Positions 23,421-33,000 of a stretch of 33,000 bases of DNA are shown here, piece after piece. How positions within the stretch are numbered: position 1 is the stretch's first letter; the number at the start of each line of letters is the position of its first letter. The translations under genes and the position numbers were made by a program. This DNA is from Dicyema japonicum (taxonomy: Eukaryota > Animalia > Dicyemida), in NCBI GenBank assembly GCA_011109175.1, contig RDEW01000011.1, positions 72,036-105,035 of the forward strand. The letters are read 5' to 3'. Below the pieces are notes generated by a model. The model did no database searches and had not been told where the DNA came from. It was given only the letters and a program-made list of their open reading frames with translations.

Positions 23421-24768
23421 CTGTACTCTTAGTTGAGGTAAGAATAGCAAAATTTCATCCAAGCAATGTGTTCAAGGACATATGGTTTATAAAATGGTGG
23501 TGGTACATGAAGCAAAGTAAAGATTTTATGATGAAATGTATCCAGATCGTTGTGAAAGACATAAGTTCAATCTCGATTCCAAAGATCTTGTAGAAACGAG
23601 ACCGAAGCTTAGATTAGTCCCATATTACACGAAAAGAAAACGACTCAAATTTTTAATTATTTAATTTTTGATTAACTTGTCCAAATACGTGTATCTTCAG
23701 ACAGATGATCCTCCAAGCTTTTCTACTGTATGGGGGATTTGAACCTGGATACGTCATGCGTTCGATATGTTAAGAAATTCGGGTTTCTGATGTCTCGATT
23801 TTGTTACCTGCCTACTCCCATTAGAAGAAAAAAGATAACGAATTTCATCTTCCGAAATAGACCTTTTTAAAATAGAGCTATGACTCCATCTCAATCTGTC
23901 TACCAACTATGGTTATATACTCACGAGGAATGCCAATTTACTGTAACGGTCGAGTAAGAGATGGCTTTGTGTTTATCAAAGACTCAGCCACGAATATGAT
24001 CGTCCAATTTTGTCCATATATTGTTGTAAAACCATATGTCAAGTGAACTCGAACGTCCTTGATTGTGGAAGTTTCCCTTTCTTAGATGTTCGTTGGTGGA
24101 TGCTCGATAAGTTTGTGAAACCAAGGTTTTTAAGGGTTTTAAGGCAATATCAAGTATAAACTCCTGGTGTGACACCTCTTGAATAAGCTAGAGAAGTTCA
24201 ATCTGAAGCAGAGACTCTATTACAGGAGGACCGACCATATACTAGCAACGTCAATGATTATGTAGCTTCCATTAGTTTACATGTGCGCAAAAAGTGACAT
24301 ATTTTATTAAGCAGACCATAATATGGGGGTCAATTATCCTATATGATCGCAAGGACAACGTTATGGAATATTCATTGGGTCATTAAGGGTTTATTTATCC
24401 GTGTTCCTGCAAGTCGACCTATTGTTTGGACAAACTTCATTGTGCCAATTACTCCAGACACCTTCGCAGAAATCAGTTGGAAAGGGAACCTGTCCGTAAG
24501 CCTATGTTATTTTCTCCTATTGATATTTTAGGCTCCAAATGGCCTATATCCCACAAATGCTGATATCTAAAGGAGATTTAAAGTTAAGAACATTTAAATG
24601 TAGAATCGATCTGCTTTATAGTAATGTGGTGACAACATTTGATCTCTTGCATCTCCTCTGCCTATTCAGACGGAATTTAGTAGAAAGTATAGCCGACATT
24701 TCAAATACAGTCGACTCTTGCAAATTGGTCATTTTTTGAGAAATTTTCTAATAAAAAATCTTATTCTA

Positions 24769-25330
24769 CAGTGGTGACAGGTTCATATGGGACAAAAAAA
24801 GGGTATTTTTAAAAAATCGTCCCATATAATTATTTGTCCCATATAATATTTTAATTCTTTTTAATCAAAAAATTTATTTCAAAGTTGAGCTTTGTATTTA
24901 CTTTTAATTACTTTAATAATTCCCATATCTAAAGGTTGAATTACTGAACTGGTATTTGAAGGAATGAAATTAAATTTGATATTACTTGGCTCTTCAATAT
25001 TATGACCGCTAAAATTGTCCATTAACAAAAGAATGTGTCGATTTTCTTTAATAAAATTATTATTCAGTTCATTAATATATAAAAAATGTCTTAACCAAGC
25101 AGTCTTATTTTCTACATATTAATGTTTGCTTTAAGATCATATTGCTTAAAGCGCCGAGGATCTTTACTTTTACCAATAAATAATGGATTGCAAATTTCTC
25201 CATTCATTGAACAACAAAACAATGCTGTATTATTTTATAAATTGGCCACAATTTTTAATAAAAATGGGAAAAAATAAAAATTTTATTAGCAAATGTCTTA
25301 GAATGCTTCTCGTAGACACTATACTCATCT
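24769..25330 (-). mobile_element. Tigger/pogo transposase remnant with one TIR
   Basis: Minus strand 'PLFIGKSKDPRRF', 'NKTAW', 'HILLLMDNFSGH' and 'IPSNTSSVIQPLDMGII'; TA-CAGTGG terminus at 24767-24774 with gtcccatat subterminal repeats. Confidence 0.85.
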
Positions 25331-25699
25331 TACATTTAATAAAAAAAGTCAAATTGTAATTTATAAAAAAGAAAATGATGCTATTTCGTGCCATCAGTTA
25401 ACTGATAGATATTCTCGAACTTGAATCTATCACTGAAAAAGGACACTATTTTGAAAGATTCTAAAAATATCGACGACCGTCTTTTAAAGTTCCACACAAA
25501 TCAAAGTTTTCAAAGCTTGGAGAGAAGTTGGTAGAATGAATGGAGGGAGTAGAGTCTAAAAATATTTTTCTAAAAATCAATTTTTAGGTGGTTTCCTGAA
25601 TGATTTAATTAAAATGATAATTCTTAAAAATGTTCAGAAAATATTATTAAAATAGTTAGTTAGTTAGTAGCACTCCCACGTTGCCATAAGCACGTAAAA

Positions 25700-27237
25700 T
25701 GCCTAGGGTTTCGCTCGTGCCGTATAATCGACTATCCTCCCAGTCAGCCCTCTCCATCTAGCTCTGTTCCTCGCGCGTTTACGAATATCCTCAAGATCGT
25801 CTCCAGTTTTGAGTTGACCGCCAATTCGTCCGTAATCGTTATTCAGGCAGAGGGGAAGCGTACATCTTGGCCAACTCCGAAATCCAAGTCCGTGATTTGA
25901 ATAGTAATCTTCCATGATTTGATCGCTTCAAGAAATTCTATAAACAACTGGATATCAAAGTTCGTGCCCGCAAACCGAAAAATGAACCTTACCAAAAACT
26001 ATTCTCAGACAAGCAGGTCTCAGAGGTTATCGCTAGATTAAAGAACTCACGGACCTGTGGCCCAGACAAATTATCTTCAATGTACCTAAAACACCCAAGC
26101 AAATACGCAAATTGAATGTCACACGTGCCCTCATCCAGAAGACCCTAGCGAATATAAATAAAGCAATCGGAACCATATACCGCCAGACAATCGCGCCGGC
26201 TGTGGAGTATGCCTCTGCTGCGTGGAGATTCGCGTTATCAGAGGCCACTGGAACCACAATGTGAAACAGAAATACCTCCCCTGCTGACGGAATCTACAAC
26301 TCGTAGAAGTGGTTCTGGATTTCTACGCATTTGCGAGGACGAATGACACCCACTAATCCTCTCACTATTCCACGCGATAGAAAATTTGATTGCCTAAGAA
26401 ATTTTCTTTTTCCAATTGGCTTCTTCTGCAAAAATCAAAGAAGGCATTTACGTTCGACAGTGGGAACAATGGAGACGCACAGGCTTAGGATGGCACGTTT
26501 GGTTGCGGAAACTGAGATCATCTAACTGGTTGACTTTACTTTGTCTTTCTTTCTCGGTGATCCCTGGGTTAATAAATAAATTTGATTGCAAGGAATCACT
26601 TCGTCCATTCTCAGAACATGTCCGAAAAGTCGCCAGCGTGGGGTAATTACTTCTCTGCTTATCGGTTTGCATTTACATAATTTGTAGAGAGTATCGTTTT
26701 TGATAATCTGTGGCCATTTGATTCCCGCAATTTTTCTCAATTGATTTCTATGAAATGTGTCTAGTCTGTCAAGGTCCGTTTTTGATGTTCCCCATGTTCC
26801 CGAGTTATATAATAGGACTGGTTGTATGAACGCGTTATATAAGCGCATCCGAAGATTTAAGGAGATAAGTTTTCTGCGAGTCCAAATACTCCACATCTTT
26901 TTCAGTGCACACGATGCCAACATCTTTTTTACTAGTACCTCAACGCGTTATATAAGCGCATCCGAAGATTTAAGGAGATAAGTTTTCTGCGAGTCTAAAT
27001 ACTCCACATCTTTTTCAGTGCACATGATGCCAACATCTTTTTTACTAGTACCTCCACATCCTCAGACACAAAATCGATGTCATCGGCATATATTAATTCC
27101 ACAAAATGATTATTTAGGTGACCCAATTCTTTTCTAGCGCCTCTCAACGCAGCTTCCAAATAGTCTCTTGTAGACAACAGACAAAGACGTCATATTTGGT
27201 TAGATCACACACCAGTTTGTGTTTCTTGTAAGGTTGT
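25700..27237 (-). mobile_element. RTE-like LINE (same family as 6020-6950) interrupted by another LINE
   Basis: 'LIYADDID', 'LRMRLYNAFIQPVLLYNSGTW' and 'RWRLFGHVLRM' (26590-27200); the 3' part 'ARNRARWRGL' resumes at 25703-25915. Contains a 113-bp tandem duplication at 26829-27054. Confidence 0.85.
25925..26580 (+). mobile_element. Internally deleted Jockey/I-like LINE nested in the RTE element
   Basis: 'LKNSRTCGPDKLS', 'IYRQTIAPAVEYASAAW', end 'VAETEII*' and a taaa tail. Confidence 0.75.
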
Positions 27238-27758
27238 NNNNNNNNNNNNNNNNNNNNNNNNNNNNNNNNNNNNNNNNNNNNNNNNNNNNNNNNNNNNNNN
27301 NNNNNNNNNNNNNNNNNNNNNNNNNNNNNNNNNNNNNNNNNNNNNNNNNNNNNNNNNNNNNNNNNNNNNNNNNNNNNNNNNNNNNNNNNNNNNNNNNNNN
27401 NNNNNNNNNNNNNNNNNNNNNNNNNNNNNNNNNNNNNNNNNNNNNNNNNNNNNNNNNNNNNNNNNNNNNNNNNNNNNNNNNNNNNNNNNNNNNNNNNNNN
27501 NNNNNNNNNNNNNNNNNNNNNNNNNNNNNNNNNNNNNNNNNNNNNNNNNNNNNNNNNNNNNNNNNNNNNNNNNNNNNNNNNNNNNNNNNNNNNNNNNNNN
27601 NNNNNNNNNNNNNNNNNNNNNNNNNNNNNNNNNNNNNNNNNNNNNNNNNNNNNNNNNNNNNNNNNNNNNNNNNNNNNNNNNNNNNNNNNNNNNNNNNNNN
27701 NNNNNNNNNNNNNNNNNNNNNNNNNNNNNNNNNNNNNNNNNNNNNNNNNNNNNNNNNN
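27238..27758. other. Assembly gap
   Basis: Run of N. Confidence 1.
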
Positions 27759-27880
27759 TCACAGACGTATAATGGCACAATTGATTGCGAGGACTGGGAT
27801 CACCTAACTGTTTGACTCTTTTGTCTTTCTTTCTCGGTGTTCCCGGAGTTATTAAAATAAAAAATAAATAAATAAATAAA
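27759..27880 (+). mobile_element. LINE 3' end with (TAAA)n tail
   Basis: 'IARTGIT*' followed by tttgtctttctttctcggtg..., shared with 26540-26580. Confidence 0.7.
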
Positions 27881-28003
27881 ACAGAAACTTCGACCAATTA
27901 GCCACGAAGCACCACGAGGTTAACGTATTTTATATATTTTTAAATTAAAAATAATTAAATAATATCTAAATAAGTTATAATTTATGCGTGAATTCAAATT
28001 TAA

Positions 28004-29091
<1,088 letters not shown>

Positions 29092-29194
29092 TTTTCGAAT
29101 TTATCAAATATTCATTAGTTTATTAAATTAAACAGCGTGGTTAATTGGTTTAATTTTTCTGTTTGCTTGTCTGTTCCTTCTCTCTCTTCCTAAT

Positions 29195-29436
29195 AGAGTG
29201 GCGTCATGTGATCCACCTGTCTAGGTGACGCCCAGTGCTAGGTCAGCATGAAAAAGGATCATTTACTCTTCCCCACTCCACTGGAGGGGTTTCCACAACT
29301 GCATGTAATGGAAGTCTTACCCTTTATGCTGATTACGGATGGACTCTGTTTCTGTAGAAGTGGAAACTGGATACACTTAATTAGTTGTTTACTTTAACTT
29401 CTTTCTCGGTGTATCCGGGGTTAATAAATAAATAAA
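29195..29436 (+). mobile_element. SINE-like or short LINE-derived element with 3' stem-loop and taaa tail
   Basis: Aligns with 23198-23410; ends ttctcggtgtatccggggttaataaataaataaa. Confidence 0.6.
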
Positions 29437-29660
29437 CAGTTTAAAGAGCCTAGTAGCTTGAATCAGTAGCTATACGCTCTCGAAGCTTTCAGTCTTGCGT
29501 GGCTCCTTGGTGACCCTTTGAATCATTAAGACGATCTGACGGACTAAGTTGTCCGCTTTCGGGCCTATGATTCCTGACGACTCAAATGGGACAAACAAGT
29601 GAACCTCTGAAATGCTTCGAAACTTCCTTCTCTTCGAATGTTCGTGAGGACGGCCAACTT
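29437..29660 (-). mobile_element. CRE-like REL fragment
   Basis: 'KRRKFRSI...HLFVPFESSGIIGPKA...KEPR'. Confidence 0.55.
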
Positions 29661-29999
29661 ACTAAACAGTCACTTCTATCATATTTTTGTCAAATACCTT
29701 AAAAGACTCCGAGACCGTTATGGAGAGCAGTTCAAAATTTCCAGCACGCCGGTTTCGATTTCCCTCTTGATGGTCTCGGATCACATTGTTAATCTCTAAC
29801 CTATGTGGACATTCTTTCCCTTTAAAACTATATAAAAGCGGGAAATAGCTTAGTTTCCCAAAAACCTGTGACATGTGGCTACACTAAAAAGGCATCCGTG
29901 AGATAAAGGGACTTCTCCAGTTGATCTTTGTCGTAATCGTGAGAGACAACGCTACGCCGGTTTCGCTAACGGGGACCATTTGACTAATTTTTTTAATAA

Positions 30000-30500
30000 C
30001 TAGGAAGACAGAATGCCGAAGACGTTACCTCTGATAATCGTCATTTCGAGCTTCTTCCTCAACCAGAGCCTCTCCCGTGGCTCACATCTTTTTGAGGTGA
30101 GTTTGCTTCCAATGCTGGAAAGAAAGGCGTCCGTTTTCTCTTCTACGGTTCCAGTTGTCACCACAGCAATGGGGGTGAAATGGCATTGGTCTCTGAGGGA
30201 TTCGTATTTACGGATCTTCTTAGCCTCCGCTTGGTCGGCTGCGTCTCCAGGAGAGTGGGTCTCCGTCAGCGATCTGCCCCCCGAGAAAATGTCCACACAC
30301 GTTGCGTTCCAAACGAGTGCTTTTCTGTGGGAGTATGGGAATAACGTCATGCCATCTGGCCTCTTTTCGTCGCCTTTGTCTAAGCCCAAGGGTTCCAATT
30401 GGGGCGGAAATCCCGCGCCCTTGAGGGCTCGAAAAATGATGTCATTGAGGGCTGCGTGATGCGGGGCTCGACCAGCACATCGTCTGCAAGAGAGTGACTA
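30000..30500 (-). mobile_element. CRE-like retrotransposon 3' fragment
   Basis: 'HSLADDVL/CRRCAG...HAALND', 'EPLGL..DEKRPDG', 'LVWNATCVD', 'KIRKY' and 'IIRGN'. An 86-bp tandem duplication (30441-30612) spans its junction. Confidence 0.85.
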
Positions 30501-30835
30501 ACTGTTTGAAATTTTATTTAATTTAAGTCATTGAGGGCTGCGTGATGCGGGGCTCGACCAGCACATCGTCTGCAAGAGAGTGACTAACTGTTTGAAGTTT
30601 TATTTAATTTAAATTGAATTTTAGTAATTTTATTAAAGTGACTGATTTTTTATGAGAAGAGATGGAATAAAAACCAGTTGGCAGTTAACTGTTCTAAGAT
30701 GATCTATGGAAGTACGGAAATAGTCCTATTTGAGTCCTATATACAAACAATACATTGAACCATGCATTTCTTGCGTATTCTGTGCTCCATTCATCTCTTG
30801 GACAAATATCTTGAGGATCGAGGCTAGCTGAAGTT

Positions 30836-31038
30836 TTTCGTTTTTGAGGGAAAAAGGACCGATCCTTCGACCTCTTCTATTTTTTAACTTTTTCATGCTT
30901 AATCGTTTTATTGTCTCAAAATAAAATTTTTCGTTTTTGAGGGAAAAGGCACCGATCCCTCGAAGCAAAACTTAGTGGTTGTTAATGTTTTCAAGTGATA
31001 AATTTGTCTTATCAACGCGGACGCTATGACATACGACA
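30836..31038 (-). mobile_element. Partial second copy of the Ginger-like element (one TIR plus ~1.4 diverged repeat units)
   Basis: Ends ...gataaatttgtcttatcaac...atgacatacgaca; the adjacent sequence is the reverse complement of the 95-bp unit. Confidence 0.85.
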
Positions 31039-31087
31039 ATAAATAAATTTTTTTTACATGTTAATTTTTTTAACAATTAAACAAATG

Positions 31088-31400
31088 TCAGTTGAATAAG
31101 CCTGCTGCGTGGATTGCGAACGAGTTCCCTCGGAGTATGGCCATTCCAATCTTTTGTCTTAGCCATAACCCTTCTCGTTGATTCCTTTTCTTTCTGGCAA
31201 GCAATCCTCCGAGTTCTCGCAAGAACTTAGCCGTAATTGGACCAACGTCTCTCGATGATTCGGTCGCAACAGGAGTAAATCGGTAGCGATCCCCGAGGCA
31301 AGAATATTTCTTGATTTTTAGGTTCTCCGCAGTCGAAGCAGCTGCTCCTTGAGAGAGACGATAGATATGCCGGGTGCGCAACCTCCAGCGCCGATCTTAG
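31088..31400 (-). mobile_element. CRE-like REL fragment
   Basis: 'AENLKIKKYSCL...FTPVATESS...WLRQKIGMAILRGN'. Confidence 0.8.
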
Positions 31401-32139
31401 ACCGACACTCCCAAATCCAGAGAGAAGCTTACATTGCTTCCAACCAAATTCTTCAAAGCGGACGTTAATTAGTGACTCAACAGTTTGCTTGAGAGATTTG
31501 TCTATCGAAAGTAGAGTGTCGTATTGTTCGTAGCAGGGTGAACATCGGAGTAGATATAAAAGCTTGGGTTAAAAGACTCCTTGATAGAGAAGAAGTAGGT
31601 GTATGGATATGAGACATTTTATAAATAAATTATTTGTAAACTTGAGTATTGATTGATTTTTAATAAAAATGACAACTTTTGACAGCTGTCAAATCTCGTC
31701 TGTGGTTCAATCTTGTTTATGGCCCGCGATATATCTACTATCTGGATGTGTCCAAAACTCGGTTCCTTCACTCATATAACACTTTTTTCTCCAGAAAATT
31801 GACTTTTGATGTCTCCTGACTCCAGCAACTCAGCTACGAGATGAAAGCGTTTTTATTCCTCATGAGAAAAACATTTAGTGCAATATTGGTACGTCACCTC
31901 CCAACCAAATAACAATTTGCTGTCTGATCTCCCTGTAATAAATATACCTAGAACACTAGTAGTTGAAGTTGGGATAACAAATTACTAGAAACTTTAACTA
32001 TAATGCTCGAGCTATAGTCATGCACCACATAAACGTCATGATTATCTTGACACTTCTCACCTTTTTTTTAATAAGAAGAATATCAAAAATGTAAGTTAAT
32101 TTCTGTTAAAATATATATGAGCATAATTACGGAAACAAA

Positions 32140-32840
32140 TTAATTGGAAATAATGCTCCAGTTGCTAAAGGACAATGGGCATTGCCACGGACGATGGTCA
32201 GTCCCAGGTGCTGCAAAATTTATCTCCCTTTTGAATCCCACCGCTATCGCATTTCTGATTTCGTTGATGACTCTTACGAATTCTTCCAACCGGAAAAAAC
32301 GGAAATGATATTTAAGGGTCGCAATAATTCAATATTTGAGCATAACAAATTCTCTATGCATCGTATTTATTTGTGGTTATAATAATCGATATTCTGTGGA
32401 ATTTAATAGTTTAAATTTTCTTAACTTATGATTGCAATTATCCGCGCGGTTCCATAAGGCTACTTGATTGAAGATTTCTCTTTTTTCCCTCTGATGGAGC
32501 CATTGAAACCACTTTACTCAGGAGATACCCGGCATTCAAAAGGATCCATCTATTCATTCCACCGGGAGATAATTTCGCTCCCGCGATAAGTTCTGGAATC
32601 AACCTCAGCTTCGCGCCCAACGTCGTATAGATCACTGTGTTGGGTGAGGGTTTGCTGGAACGCGTCAGGATCAAGGAATTAGTTTGCTTTATCCTTAGTC
32701 TCCAGAATAATTTAATTAAAATGATATATTCGTTGAGTTTTAGTGTTGACCTTGAATGACCTAATAATGCTTCCGGGATTAGTCGAACGTAGAAAAAAAG
32801 CATTAAAGTACCATTCTGGTGTGGCCACAAGGCAGACAAG
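32140..32840 (-). mobile_element. CRE-like remnant(s)
   Basis: 'ILQHLGLTIVRGNAH' at ~32175-32220; upstream 'PSEGKKR' and 'NQVALW' resemble the region at 13365-13547. Confidence 0.5.
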
Positions 32841-33000
32841 GAAATCTTTACTTAAACAGAATGTGCAGTCATGAGGAAATCTTTACGTAAGCAAATTGTG
32901 TAACTATTGTCCCTGAAAATGATGCGACCTACACATGTCAGAGGTTAACTCTATAATATAAAGATTTCCCTATCGGAAACTTTAGCGGCATTGACTTAAC

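Noticed and set aside
24380-24500. TSP1-like 'CEGVWSNW...C...STC' on the minus strand
   Set aside because: Short, bounded by stops, lacks the remaining TSP1 residues and could not be joined into a gene model.

Overview
AT-rich eukaryotic nuclear DNA, standard genetic code, two assembly gaps (18648-19404, 27238-27758). The ORF track only fragments the real genes because they are cut by very short (22-28 nt) GT-AG spliceosomal introns. Splicing by hand gives five genes: an unrecognised 163-aa protein (2431-3109, +, 8 introns), TAF9 (12514-13005, +), the 5' half of ERCC2/XPD (21131 down to the gap, -), a C12orf4/FERRY3 homolog (21226-22921, +, head-to-head with XPD across 94 bp) and an animal-type glutaminyl cyclase (28004-29091, +). 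Many intron positions match my recollection of the human orthologs. That suggests a genome-compacted animal, with a dicyemid as best guess (inference only). Most of the remainder is decayed, nested transposons: CRE-like and other REL-endonuclease non-LTR elements, RTE- and Jockey/I-like LINEs, Tc1/IS630, Tigger/pogo, hAT, Merlin and Ginger-like DNA elements. The main oddities are: micro-introns with almost no donor consensus; two intron positions lacking an AG acceptor; a REL retroelement resembling microsporidian ones; a LINE/SINE-like family sharing a 3' stem-loop; and five 86-113 bp tandem duplications that are probably assembly artefacts. Two gene-like stretches (16960-18647, 23420-24740) could not be resolved. 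All homology calls are from motif recognition, not database searches.
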